Below, in pieces: positions 1 through 9,626 of a DNA stretch of 23,040 nucleotides. Under the pieces are notes generated by a model. That model was not told the origin of the DNA, ran no database searches, and saw nothing but the letters and a program-made list of their open reading frames with translations. The translations under genes and the position numbers were made by a program. Origin of the DNA: Thermotogota bacterium (lineage in GTDB: Bacteria; Thermotogota; Thermotogae; Petrotogales; Petrotogaceae). The stretch lies in assembly GCA_051748045.1 (NCBI GenBank), contig JBNJGY010000033.1:1-23040 (forward strand), written 5' to 3'. Each line of letters opens with the position of its first letter. Positions within the stretch are counted from its first letter, which is position 1.

Positions 1-10
1 CGGAGATCAT
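1..10 (-). CDS. Probable 5' end of a gene running off the left edge (M-I-S...), likely co-transcribed with the hydrolase
   Basis: Minus strand reads GGAGGG (22..17), 6-nt spacer, ATG ATC TCC at 10..2, just after the hydrolase stop at 26-28. Confidence 0.5.
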
Positions 11-25
11 AAGAATCCCTCCAGT

Positions 26-922
26 TTATTTTTCGATACTGTCCAAAAAATTAGCGACAATTTCTCTATATTTTCTAGGGTTTTCTGTATAAGATTTTGC
101 ATGTTCAGCATTAGGCATAATAAAAAGATTACTTTTTGGTACTTTTTTATGCATATCTTCACTCATTTTACAAGGTATATAGGTGTCATTTTTCCCATGT
201 ATAAAAAGTAATGGGGCTTTGATTTTGTCAAGGTTTTTTATTGGTGAAGCTTCTTTAAAATCAAAACCATATTTTGTAGCAATATACCATTCAGATAATT
301 TAAGTATTGGAAAAGATGGTACTTTAAAATCTTCTTTCAAACGAAACTTTAATAGTTCATTTAAATCAGAAAATGGGCAGTCTGCTATTATAAAAGATAA
401 ATCTGGATCAAGTGCGCCATATTGTAAAACAGTTGCAGCCCCCATAGATTCTCCATGAATTCCAATTTCTTGGTTTTCCCCTTTTTTATTTCTAACCCAA
501 TTAATAACATCTTTTAATTCGTAACTTTCGAAATATCCCATAGAAACAAATTTACCAGTGCTTTTTCCATGACAGGGGTGATCATACATCATAATGTTAT
601 ATCCTCTATCATAAAACTGTTTTGCGTATTTAATATCCCCCCACAAAGTCCAAGTAACTCCATGTACAAAGACTATTGTTTTATCTGAATTTTGATCAAT
701 AAAAATACAATGTAACTTGTTGCCTCTCCATGAGTCTATTGTAAATTCTTCTTTTTCAACATTATTAATCCATTCTTTATCTATAGGTTCATTTTCAAAT
801 GTATATTCTATAGAATAATCATAATCTTGAATTTTTGGTTTTACAACCTTGTTGGCGAAAAAAACAGTCAAAATATATATCATTAAAATAATAAAAGCAA
901 TAGTAACGATAATTATTGTCAT
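26..922 (-). CDS. Membrane-anchored alpha/beta hydrolase (YqkD-like)
   Basis: N-terminal hydrophobic helix, VHG oxyanion motif, nucleophile elbow GESMG, acid motif HGKNDTYIP and catalytic His in AEHA; AGGAGG RBS at 935..930. Confidence 0.9.
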   Translation of the reverse strand: MTIIIVTIAFIILMIYILTVFFANKVVKPKIQDYDYSIEYTFENEPIDKEWINNVEKEEFTIDSWRGNKLHCIFIDQNSDKTIVFVHGVTWTLWGDIKYAKQFYDRGYNIMMYDHPCHGKSTGKFVSMGYFESYELKDVINWVRNKKGENQEIGIHGESMGAATVLQYGALDPDLSFIIADCPFSDLNELLKFRLKEDFKVPSFPILKLSEWYIATKYGFDFKEASPIKNLDKIKAPLLFIHGKNDTYIPCKMSEDMHKKVPKSNLFIMPNAEHAKSYTENPRKYREIVANFLDSIEK

Positions 923-1129
923 TCAGCGACCTCCTCTAGTAAAACTATAAATAAAATTTAATGACACATTACTATTATAAATGATTATTAAAAGAAAATC
1001 TATTAAGATTTTAAATTTTTTCTACCTCCATCCAAAAAAATATTTATCAATTTTTGATGTTTTTGTTTATAATGAAATATACAAAGTTATGGGCGTTCAC
1101 AATTGATTAAAGTAATATTTATATTATTT

Positions 1130-1138
1130 TGTTATAAT
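1130..1138 (+). promoter_or_regulatory. Extended -10 promoter (TGnTATAAT) for the DEAD-box helicase
   Basis: TGTTATAAT 34 nt upstream of the ATG at 1173, with AAGGAG RBS between; a second TATAAT lies at 1068-1073. Confidence 0.6.
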
Positions 1139-1172
1139 TAATCGCAATTCAATTTAAGTAAGGAGTTAAAAA

Positions 1173-2837
1173 ATGATTAAATTTGAGGAATTAGGACTAT
1201 CGAAAGAGACGTTAAGTGCGTTAAAAAAGAAAGGTTTTGAAGAGCCTACGCCGATTCAGGAAAAAACTATCCCTATCTTAATGAATAAAGATAAAGATGT
1301 TATCGGACAGGCTCAAACAGGTACAGGGAAAACCGCAGCATTTGGAATTCCCATTATTGAAGACTTAGAACATAGCAAAAATAGAGATGTTCAAGCTTTA
1401 ATTCTAGCACCTACAAGAGAGTTAGCTGTTCAGGTAGCAGAAGAAATCAATTCGTTGAAAGGTAGAAGGAAACTTTTTGTTCTTCCTGTTTATGGTGGAG
1501 CTTCAATAGACCATCAAATAAGAGGTCTTAAAAGAGGTGCTGACATAGTCGTTGGTACACCTGGTAGAGTTATAGACCATATAAATAGAGGAACTTTAAA
1601 GTTAAATAACCTTAAATACATGATTTTGGATGAAGCAGATGAAATGCTTAACATGGGTTTCATTGAAGATGTAGAAAGAATTTTAGCTGAAACAAATCAA
1701 AACAAAAAAATGCTTTTATTCTCTGCTACTATGCCAAGAAAAATTTTGAATTTGGCAAAAAGGTTCATGAAAAACTATGAAGTTGTTTCTGTTAAAGAAG
1801 AAAGAATGACAACTGATCTTACAGACCAAATTTATTTTGAAGTAAGAAATTCAGACAAATTCGAATCATTATGTAGAATAATTGATGTTGAAGACGAATT
1901 TTATGGATTAGTTTTTTGTAGAACAAAAGTTAATGTAGAAAATGTTGCAAACAAGTTGATTGACAGAGGTTACAGTGCAGAAGCATTGCACGGGGATATT
2001 TCTCAATATCAAAGAGAAAGAATATTGAGAAAGTTCAAAACTCAAAATATCAACATTTTAGTAGCAACAGACGTTGCTGCAAGAGGAATAGATATAAACA
2101 ACTTGACACATGTAATAAACTATTCTTTACCACAAAATCCAGAATCTTATGTTCATAGAATTGGAAGAACAGGTAGAGCAGGACAAGAAGGAACAGCTAT
2201 AACTTTTGTAACACCAGAAGAATATAGAAAACTTGCTTTCATTAAAAGATATGCTCAAACAAACATAAGAAAAGAAAAAATTCCAGAAATAAAAGATATA
2301 ATTCAAATCAAAAAACAAAGAATTCAAGATGAATTAAAAGAAATTGTAGCAAAAAATGATTATGAAGAATACATGGAATTAGCAAAAGAAATGATAAAAG
2401 AAACTTCTCCAGAAGAAGCTGTTGCTTCGTTAATAAAATTATCCTTCAGTAATGAATTGTCTGAAGAAGGATATAATGAAATTAGAGAAGTAAATATTGA
2501 CAAAAGCGGTAAAACAAGATTATTTGTTGCTTTAGGAAGAGAAAAAGGGTATGATCCTAAGAAATTAGCAGAATACATTCAAAAAGAGACTAAAGTTGAC
2601 CAAAAGAAAATTAGGGATATAAAAATAATGGACAATTTCTCTTTTGTAACTGTTCCTTTTGAAGAAGCAGAAATAATTCTTGGAACATTCCAAAAACAGA
2701 AAAGAGGAAGAAAATCTCTCGTTGAAAAAGCAAAACCAAGAAAAGGTGGAAGCAGTAATAATAAAGACAACAGAGGCAATAGAAATTATAAAAAAGACAA
2801 CAACAGAAAAAATTATTCAAAAAATAGAAGAAAATAA
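1173..2837 (+). CDS. deaD: ATP-dependent DEAD-box RNA helicase (DeaD/CshA type) with DbpA-type RNA-binding domain and basic tail
   Basis: Q motif GFEEPTPIQ, AQTGTGKT, PTRELA, TPGR, DEAD, SAT, ARGID, HRIGRTGR; C-terminal RLFVALG...FSFVTV domain and K/R/N-rich tail. Confidence 0.93.
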   Translation: MIKFEELGLSKETLSALKKKGFEEPTPIQEKTIPILMNKDKDVIGQAQTGTGKTAAFGIPIIEDLEHSKNRDVQALILAPTRELAVQVAEEINSLKGRRKLFVLPVYGGASIDHQIRGLKRGADIVVGTPGRVIDHINRGTLKLNNLKYMILDEADEMLNMGFIEDVERILAETNQNKKMLLFSATMPRKILNLAKRFMKNYEVVSVKEERMTTDLTDQIYFEVRNSDKFESLCRIIDVEDEFYGLVFCRTKVNVENVANKLIDRGYSAEALHGDISQYQRERILRKFKTQNINILVATDVAARGIDINNLTHVINYSLPQNPESYVHRIGRTGRAGQEGTAITFVTPEEYRKLAFIKRYAQTNIRKEKIPEIKDIIQIKKQRIQDELKEIVAKNDYEEYMELAKEMIKETSPEEAVASLIKLSFSNELSEEGYNEIREVNIDKSGKTRLFVALGREKGYDPKKLAEYIQKETKVDQKKIRDIKIMDNFSFVTVPFEEAEIILGTFQKQKRGRKSLVEKAKPRKGGSSNNKDNRGNRNYKKDNNRKNYSKNRRK

Positions 2838-2870
2838 AAAATTGCAGGAGATTATCTCCTGCAATTTTTT
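2836..2870. terminator. Bidirectional intrinsic terminator between convergent helicase and HAD genes
   Basis: Perfect 17-1-17 inverted repeat AAAAAATTGCAGGAGAT-T-ATCTCCTGCAATTTTTT, giving a U-tract on both strands. Confidence 0.9.
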
Positions 2871-3529
2871 TATTTTAACAAACTTATTATTAAGTCATAA
2901 TTTAAAATATCAAATTTATTTATTATAATATCTGCTTTTTTTAAACTCTGACCCGGAGAGTCAGGGTTGTTAAACCCAATACATTTAGCTCCAGATTTTT
3001 TTGCTGCTTTTACTCCATTTGTAGAGTCTTCAATAATTACACAGTTTTTAATGTTTACTTTTAATTTATCTGAGGCTAATAAAAAAATATCTGGGTTAGG
3101 TTTTCCATTTTTAACTTCTTCCCCACTAACCAATACATCAAAATACTCACAAAGATCAAATCCTTTAATAACTGTTTCTATTAAGTCTTTTGAAGATGAA
3201 GAAGCGATAGCGGTTTTAATGTTCATATCTTTCAATTCTTCTAATATCTTTTTAATTCCTGGAATTTCTGCTCCATTCATATTTTCTTGAATATACTGAT
3301 GAGTATGTTTTTTTTGTTTTTCTGTTAAATCTTCTAACTCTTCATTTAGATCGTACTTTGATTTTAAATCTTCCCACATTTTCTCGTTAGAAATACCTAT
3401 GTAATTACTATATTCTGTAGAAGGTACAGAAAAACCAAGCTTATCAAAAAGATCTTGATTTGCTTTATAATGCAACGGTTCAGAATTTATTATAACCCCA
3501 TCCATATCAAAAATAACAGCTTCAAGCAT
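2870..3529 (-). CDS. HAD-superfamily phosphatase (beta-phosphoglucomutase/CbbY-like, subfamily IA)
   Basis: Motif I FDMDGVI, motif II ASSS, motif III GKPNPDIF, motif IV IEDSTNG; 8 nt downstream of the ftsH stop. Confidence 0.9.
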   Translation of the reverse strand: MLEAVIFDMDGVIINSEPLHYKANQDLFDKLGFSVPSTEYSNYIGISNEKMWEDLKSKYDLNEELEDLTEKQKKHTHQYIQENMNGAEIPGIKKILEELKDMNIKTAIASSSSKDLIETVIKGFDLCEYFDVLVSGEEVKNGKPNPDIFLLASDKLKVNIKNCVIIEDSTNGVKAAKKSGAKCIGFNNPDSPGQSLKKADIIINKFDILNYDLIISLLK

Positions 3530-3537
3530 ATAATCAC

Positions 3538-5400
3538 CTATCCATTCTGATTTTCATTAACATAATTTTCTAAATCATCAATTTCTTTACTCATAAGCTC
3601 TTTAAATAATTCACCTGATATATTTTCATTATTGAAAAGATAAGTTGATATTAAATCAAGTCTTTGTTTATTTTTAGATAAAAGGTCTTTTGCTTTATTG
3701 TATGCGTTAAAAATTATATTTTTTATTTCGTTATCTATTGCTCTCGAAGTCTCTTCAGAAAAAGTTTTACTTCTTGTCATATCTCTACCCAAGAAAACTT
3801 CGTCATCTTCATCTTGCCATACTGAAGGACCAAGTTTACTACTCATTCCTAATGAATAGATCATTTTTTTAGCCATACCAGTAGCTTTTTTAAGATCATC
3901 CGATGCACCTGTTGTAACTTTTTCGAAGATTAGCTCTTCTGCAGCTCTTCCGCCCAGGGCAAAAGAGATTCTATCTATTATTTCTGATTTAGAGTTTAAA
4001 AATTTATCTTCTTCTGGAATCAAAAGAGTATAACCAAGTGCGGAATTACCTCGTGGAACTATAGTCACTTTTTGAATTGGGTCTAAGTTATCTAAATAAT
4101 AACCCATAAATGCATGACCTAATTCATGATAAGAGAGAATCTTTCTTTCTTCTTCTGATATAACTTTAGATTTCCTTGCAGGACCTGCTATAACTCTTTC
4201 GACAGCTTCTTCGAAGTCTTCCATAGTCATATGGTTATGTTTTTCTCTTAAAGCTAGCAAAGCAGCTTCATTGATTAGATTCTCTAAATCAGCACCAACA
4301 AAACCTGGTGTTTTAGCAGCTAATTTCTCTGGATCAACATCTTGAGAAATCTTTTTACCTTTTAGATGAAGTTTTAATATTTCTGTTCTTCCTTTTTTAT
4401 CTGGTGCATCCATAACAACTTTTTTATCAAATCTACCAGGTCTAAGCAATGCTTTATCTAATACATCTGGTCTATTAGTTGCAGCCATAACAATTACACC
4501 TGTTTCGTTATCAAACCCATCCATTTCTACCAACAAAGAGTTAAGAGTTTGTTCTCTTTCATCGTTTCCTCCGCCAAGACCAGCACCTCTTTGTCTTCCT
4601 ATAGCATCAAGTTCATCTATAAAAACAATTGATGGAGATTCCTCTTTAGCTTTTTTAAAAAGGTCTCTAACTCTTGAAGCTCCTACACCTACATAAAGTT
4701 CTACAAAATCAGAACCACTTATATAGAAAAAAGGAACATTTGCTTCGCCAGCAACAGCTCTTGCAGTAAGAGTTTTACCTGTTCCTGGAGGACCTACTAA
4801 AACAATCCCTTTTGGCATACGAGCCCCTAAATCTAAAAAATCTTTAGGGTCTTTCAAATATTTAACAACACTCTGAAGTTCTTCTTTAGCTTCTTCTACT
4901 CCTGCTACATCATCAAAAGTAATTTTACTTTTTTTCGGGTCATATTTTCTAGCTGTTGTTTTACCAAATGACATTCCAGAAGCGCCTCCGCCTCCTCCAG
5001 TCATCATTGGCCTTAAAAGCCAGAACCAGAAAAGAATAATAATGACTATAGGTAGCAAACTACCTAATAAACTAAACCACCAATTAGAAGCAAGACTTTT
5101 AATATAAATAATCTCAATATTATTTTGGGCTAACTGGTTTATATATTGCTTGTCTGCGACAAGTGGGGGAGCGTATGACTTAATTTGAACCCCTTCATTT
5201 GTTGTAAGAGTAATGTTTCCACCACTTTCTATGGTCATTCTTTGTACTTGACCATCTTCAAGTAGATTTATTAATTGTGAATATTCTATTTGTCTAACCC
5301 CTGAATTACTCATGTTTGATATAGAAAAGAAAAATATTACTGCTAATATTAAATATATCCAAAAAACTCCAAGATTAGATTTTCTTTTACCATTGGCCAT
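3538..5400 (-). CDS. ftsH: ATP-dependent zinc metalloprotease FtsH
   Basis: Two TM helices, Walker A GPPGTGKT, pore motif [17 protein letters not shown], Walker [33 protein letters not shown] zinc motif; AGGAGG RBS. Confidence 0.97.
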   Translation of the reverse strand: MANGKRKSNLGVFWIYLILAVIFFFSISNMSNSGVRQIEYSQLINLLEDGQVQRMTIESGGNITLTTNEGVQIKSYAPPLVADKQYINQLAQNNIEIIYIKSLASNWWFSLLGSLLPIVIIILFWFWLLRPMMTGGGGGASGMSFGKTTARKYDPKKSKITFDDVAGVEEAKEELQSVVKYLKDPKDFLDLGARMPKGIVLVGPPGTGKTLTARAVAGEANVPFFYISGSDFVELYVGVGASRVRDLFKKAKEESPSIVFIDELDAIGRQRGAGLGGGNDEREQTLNSLLVEMDGFDNETGVIVMAATNRPDVLDKALLRPGRFDKKVVMDAPDKKGRTEILKLHLKGKKISQDVDPEKLAAKTPGFVGADLENLINEAALLALREKHNHMTMEDFEEAVERVIAGPARKSKVISEEERKILSYHELGHAFMGYYLDNLDPIQKVTIVPRGNSALGYTLLIPEEDKFLNSKSEIIDRISFALGGRAAEELIFEKVTTGASDDLKKATGMAKKMIYSLGMSSKLGPSVWQDEDDEVFLGRDMTRSKTFSEETSRAIDNEIKNIIFNAYNKAKDLLSKNKQRLDLISTYLFNNENISGELFKELMSKEIDDLENYVNENQNG

Positions 5401-5433
5401 TTACTCTACCTCCTGTTTTCTAACTATAATACA

Positions 5434-5442
5434 ATTATATCA
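5434..5442 (-). promoter_or_regulatory. Extended -10 promoter for the ftsH-HAD operon
   Basis: Minus strand TGATATAAT about 33 nt upstream of the ftsH start. Confidence 0.55.
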
Positions 5443-5623
5443 GTATATCATTTAAAATCAAAAGAAAATACATTAAAATTATAATTTATCAACCTTTTAA
5501 AAAGATTAAAATAATTTATAGATTATTTAGTAATATAATTTTAATTTAATATATTAAAACTAATAATAAACTAAACGTATAATCTAATTATAAAGCATTA
5601 TATTTTATAAAAGGAGTTTACGC

Positions 5624-7279
5624 ATGAATTATTTTTGGATTAATACATTAGTTATTGTAGCTTTTTTAGCTATTATTTTTATAATGTATTATTTGATTTA
5701 TAGGCTTAGAAAAAGTAAAAAAACATATAAGAGACTTTTTAATTCTATCCCTGTAGCTCTAATTGTATGGGATCAAGATTATAAAGTTTTAGACTGGAAT
5801 AAATATGCTGAGCAATTATTTGGTTTTAAAAAAGAAGAAGTTTTAGGAAAAAACTTTTTTGATTTTATAGTTCCCGATGAGATAAAAAAAGAATTAAACA
5901 AAGTAGCACAGAATATTTTAGAGATGAACAAAGAAAAAAGTACTAATGAAAATATCACTAAAGACGGAAGTTTAATTACTTGCGAATGGGATGTTATTGT
6001 AGAGAGAGATGAAAGAGGTAATTTTAAAAGAGCTATATCTATGGCCCAAGATGTAACAGAAAAAATGAAATATCAAAAAGAATTAAAAGAATCTGTAGAA
6101 AGGTTATCGGAAACAAACGAAGAGTTATATTCTTCTAACGAGGAGCTTGAAGAATCCTATACAATTATAGAAAATCAATCAGGACAAATGAGAAAAATGA
6201 TTGATTTATTCAGTCGGTTTGAGCAAAATGACATGGAATTAGATGTTTTTTACGATGAAATGTTGTCTTTAGCTATGGACATTATGACTGAAGCAGACTA
6301 TGGGTCTATATCTTTAATAAATAAAGATGAATGGAAATTTTTGGCAAGTTCAGGACATAGTATAGATAAATTAAAAGAATTAGATTTGCATAAAAAAGAT
6401 GCTATTATAGTTAATAAACCAACAATTGTGAGAAATTTGAAAGATGAAAACATGAAAAAATTTGATGAAACACAAAAAGATAAATTTAATAAAGCAACAA
6501 GAGAAATGAAAGAATCTATGATTGTTTCAGTGAGAATAGATGAAAATATTTTTTTGAATATTTCAATTGATATAGCAAAAGAAAGCAATAAATCTTTTAA
6601 TGACAATAGCATATTGTTATTCCAAGCTTTTCAAAATATAGCAAGCACTTATTTGAAAAACCAAGTTTATTCAAAAAAGATAATGGATTCTTATCTAGAT
6701 TTTTCAAAAAAACTAGCTACAATAGCTGAAGCACATGATGATATAACTGGCAAACACATCAACAGAGTAGGAGAATTATCTGCTTTTTTTGCAGATAAAT
6801 TAGATTGTAAAGAAGAATTTGTAGGGAGAATAAGAAGAGAGGCTCCACTGCATGATGTAGGTAAAATTTTTATAGATAATTCCATTTTAGATAAAAAAGG
6901 GCCATTAACAGATGAAGAATGGGAGATAATGAGAAAACATACTATTCTATCTGGTAAACTACTTTCTGATGACTTTTTTGGAATGGCCAAACAAATAGCC
7001 TTTTACCATCATGAAAGATGGGATGGATCAGGTTATCCTTTTGGAATGAAAGGTGAAGAAATACCATTAGAAGCTCAAATCGTGTCTCTTGTAGATGTTT
7101 ATGATGCTTTGAGAGATGAGAGACCATATAAAAAAGCTTTTACACATGAAGAAGCTGTAGATATTATTTCAAGGGGTGATGGGAGAACTAAACCGGAACA
7201 TTTTAATCCAAAACTATTAAAAATATTTTTAGAAAATCAAAAAGATATAGAAGAAATTTTTGATGATTTAAAAGAGTAG
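5624..7279 (+). CDS. Membrane-anchored PAS / coiled-coil / GAF-like / HD-GYP cyclic dinucleotide phosphodiesterase
   Basis: N-terminal TM; PAS (WNKYAEQLFGFKKEEVLGKN...QDVTE); heptad segment; HD-GYP motifs HINRV, LHDVGK, HHERWDGSGYP, DVYDAL..RPYK all intact; AAGGAG RBS. Confidence 0.9.
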   Translation: MNYFWINTLVIVAFLAIIFIMYYLIYRLRKSKKTYKRLFNSIPVALIVWDQDYKVLDWNKYAEQLFGFKKEEVLGKNFFDFIVPDEIKKELNKVAQNILEMNKEKSTNENITKDGSLITCEWDVIVERDERGNFKRAISMAQDVTEKMKYQKELKESVERLSETNEELYSSNEELEESYTIIENQSGQMRKMIDLFSRFEQNDMELDVFYDEMLSLAMDIMTEADYGSISLINKDEWKFLASSGHSIDKLKELDLHKKDAIIVNKPTIVRNLKDENMKKFDETQKDKFNKATREMKESMIVSVRIDENIFLNISIDIAKESNKSFNDNSILLFQAFQNIASTYLKNQVYSKKIMDSYLDFSKKLATIAEAHDDITGKHINRVGELSAFFADKLDCKEEFVGRIRREAPLHDVGKIFIDNSILDKKGPLTDEEWEIMRKHTILSGKLLSDDFFGMAKQIAFYHHERWDGSGYPFGMKGEEIPLEAQIVSLVDVYDALRDERPYKKAFTHEEAVDIISRGDGRTKPEHFNPKLLKIFLENQKDIEEIFDDLKE

Positions 7280-7299
7280 AAGCTTTGCTTCTACTCTTT
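7271..7299. terminator. Bidirectional terminator between convergent HD-GYP gene and znuB
   Basis: AAAGAGTAGAAGC-TTT-GCTTCTACTCTTT (13-3-13), overlapping the TAG stop of the HD-GYP gene. Confidence 0.85.
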
Positions 7300-7302
7300 A
7301 TT

Positions 7303-8109
7303 TTATGTTTTTATTAATTTTTTAATGAAATAGTTTATTAAGAAAATTATAAATAGAATAACTACTATCGCTGGACCGGAAGGGATATCTAAATAATAAG
7401 AAATAAAAATTCCAAAAAAAGCACTTAGAACACCGAAAACAGAACTGATTATTATCATTTGATTAATTGATTTTGCCCATAGTTTGGCTATTACTCCAGG
7501 TGTTATCAACATTGATGTTACTAAAATAATCCCAATTATCTTAACAGATGTAACAACAACTAATGCGACAGCTATTAAAAATAGGTATCTAATTAAGTCT
7601 ACGGGAACACCATAAATTTTAGCCATTCTTTCATTATAACTAAAATATTTAAGTTCTTTATTGAATATGGTAATAAATAGGATAACTGAAATTAAAATTA
7701 TCCCAAGAGTTATTATATCTGTCATATTAACCATTAAAATATCCCCAAAAAGATAGCTTTCTATTTCTGGAGTATAACCTGGTTTTAAATTCATTAAAAT
7801 TACACCAAGAGCCATTGATAGAGGGAAAAGCATTCCTATTAAAGAATTTTCATTAATTTTTCCTTTTTTCCCAACAAAAAAGATAAAAGTTGCGAAAAGT
7901 AACCCTGTTATTATACTTATAAGATTCATGTTCCAACCAAAAAGTATTGCTACAGCAATACCTCCAAAAGCAGTATGAGCTGCACCATCGCTTATAAATT
8001 CCATTTTTCTCAATACGATGTAATTGGATAATATCGAACATGCCAACCCAGATAATAAAGAAGCAATTAAAGCATATGACATGAATTGATAAGATAGTAG
8101 TTCAATCAT
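7303..8109 (-). CDS. znuB: Zn/Mn ABC transporter permease
   Basis: ABC-3 family motifs VLRKMEFISDGAAHTAFGGIA, YLFGDIL, KIIGIILV, DIPSGPAIV. Start placed at ATG 8109 (8-nt overlap with znuC stop) rather than TTG 8118. Confidence 0.9.
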   Translation of the reverse strand: MIELLSYQFMSYALIASLLSGLACSILSNYIVLRKMEFISDGAAHTAFGGIAVAILFGWNMNLISIITGLLFATFIFFVGKKGKINENSLIGMLFPLSMALGVILMNLKPGYTPEIESYLFGDILMVNMTDIITLGIILISVILFITIFNKELKYFSYNERMAKIYGVPVDLIRYLFLIAVALVVVTSVKIIGIILVTSMLITPGVIAKLWAKSINQMIIISSVFGVLSAFFGIFISYYLDIPSGPAIVVILFIIFLINYFIKKLIKT

Positions 8110-8839
8110 TTCTATCAACTACTTTTACCTTGTCTTCTACATGTACAAGCATTTCTAGGCTATCAGGGTAGAGTGTTTTAAGGTCTTCTGTAGTCATTTC
8201 TTTTGTTCCTTTGTGGCAGTGAAGTGTTTTATTAAGACACATAACTCTATTTGTTTTTTTGAAAATCATAGATAAATCATGACTTACTAATATTATAGTC
8301 ATTTTTTTCTCTACTTGTAATTTTTCAAGTACTTTATAAAAAAGTTCTTGTCCTTTTTTGTCTACGCCTGCTTCGGGTTCGTCTAAAACAAGAATATCCG
8401 GATCAAAAATTAAAGATCTAGCAAGCATAAGTCTTTGATATTCTCCACCAGAAAGTTTTCCTACTTGCCTATCGAAAACATATTCTATTTCTAAAAGCTT
8501 TAATAGATCTTTAGCTTTTTTTTCATCATTTTTGTCAAAAGCTTTGAAAACACTTTTGTTTTTATATAATCCCATCAATACAACTTCTGAACCAGTTATT
8601 GGAAAATCTTTTTCAAAATCATCGTGTTGAGGCACATAACCTATTTTAGCATTTATAGTGACTTTTCCTGTATATTCCAGTTCACCCAGAATACATTTTA
8701 TAAGAGTAGATTTTCCTGCGCCATTTGGGCCCACTATCCCAACAAAATCTTTTTTATAAACTTCAAAAGAAATATCTTTTAATATGTGATTATTTCCTGA
8801 TTTATAATTCAAATTATTTACTTTGATTAATGGTTTCAT
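8102..8839 (-). CDS. znuC: Zn/Mn ABC transporter ATP-binding protein
   Basis: Walker A GPNGAGKST, IGYVPQ, LSGGEYQR, LDEP, VSHDL, C-terminal CLNKTLHCH typical of ZnuC. Confidence 0.92.
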   Translation of the reverse strand: MKPLIKVNNLNYKSGNNHILKDISFEVYKKDFVGIVGPNGAGKSTLIKCILGELEYTGKVTINAKIGYVPQHDDFEKDFPITGSEVVLMGLYKNKSVFKAFDKNDEKKAKDLLKLLEIEYVFDRQVGKLSGGEYQRLMLARSLIFDPDILVLDEPEAGVDKKGQELFYKVLEKLQVEKKMTIILVSHDLSMIFKKTNRVMCLNKTLHCHKGTKEMTTEDLKTLYPDSLEMLVHVEDKVKVVDRND

Positions 8840-8842
8840 CTT

Positions 8843-9217
8843 TTACACACTCCTATCTTTACAATCATGGCATAATCCCTCAAAATAAAGTGTATGAGAT
8901 TCAACTGCAAAATCAAGTTCTTCATTTATATGCTTTCTAAATTCTTCTTCAAAACATTTATTTATTCTTTGAAATTTTTTACATTTGGTACAATAAACAA
9001 AATGATAGTGTCCTTTTGATGTGTAATAATATTTTATTTTATCAGAGAAAACTATAGATTTTAATATAGCTTGATCTTCAAAAAAATTCAAATTTCTATA
9101 AATCGTAGACAAATCATAATCATCTTCTAGAATTCGATTGAGCTGTTCAGCGTTTAAAGGTTTATCATTCTTATTAAATATTTTTAATATATCTTTTCTT
9201 GCTTTAGTCATTCTCAT
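8843..9217 (-). CDS. zur: Fur-family regulator, probably zinc uptake regulator Zur
   Basis: DLSTIYRNL helix, HYHFVYCTKC and GLCHDC (two CxxC); located inside a znu operon. Start set at ATG 9217 behind GAGGTG RBS (9229..9224). Confidence 0.85.
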   Translation of the reverse strand: MRMTKARKDILKIFNKNDKPLNAEQLNRILEDDYDLSTIYRNLNFFEDQAILKSIVFSDKIKYYYTSKGHYHFVYCTKCKKFQRINKCFEEEFRKHINEELDFAVESHTLYFEGLCHDCKDRSV

Positions 9218-9227
9218 TAAAAACACC

Positions 9228-9608
9228 TCATTGTACTATTACGTCTATTTCAGATTCTTCTCCACCTATTGGTTTTACAACTATAGAATTTGGCATAGCG
9301 ATTAATTGTTGATTGGATTTGTTTGATTCACCCATATGTTCTACTATTTTTAAAGGGTTTTTTTCATCTGTTTCAATTACTTTTACAGTTCCATCCATGA
9401 AAACGACTTTCATTTGGTAAACTCCTTCTTTGTCATAGACTGTATATGTTCCTTCTTCAGTAATTGTCATAATCTTTTCACCTTTTAAATAGACTTCTGC
9501 TCCTTCTATTCCTTCTTGTGAAAGACTATTAAAAAGAACAAAAATTCCTGCAATGGCAAAAATTATAATCAAAATTAATATATCTCTTTTTTTTGCAAAG
9601 CTTGACAT
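9228..9608 (-). CDS. NusG domain II-like (DUF1312/Lin0431 family) membrane-anchored protein, cysteine-free variant
   Basis: KKRDILILIII N-terminal anchor, beta-rich body, PLKI..MG and LIAMPNSIVV blocks and EIDVIV tail follow the family layout as I recall it; GGGAG RBS at 9621..9617; zero Cys in 126 aa. Confidence 0.7.
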   Translation of the reverse strand: MSSFAKKRDILILIIIFAIAGIFVLFNSLSQEGIEGAEVYLKGEKIMTITEEGTYTVYDKEGVYQMKVVFMDGTVKVIETDEKNPLKIVEHMGESNKSNQQLIAMPNSIVVKPIGGEESEIDVIVQ

Positions 9609-9626
9609 AGTAAAAACTCCCTTATT

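Noticed and set aside
1011..1031. Minus-strand GGAGG and mini-ORF MEVEKI in the hydrolase/helicase intergenic region
   Set aside because: The GGAGG lies inside the mini-ORF with no start codon at proper spacing downstream, and the ORF has no RBS of its own.
2745..2837. Repeated AAAGACAAC-like units at the helicase 3' end
   Set aside because: Low-complexity K/D/N/R tail normal for DEAD-box helicases, not a DNA repeat array.
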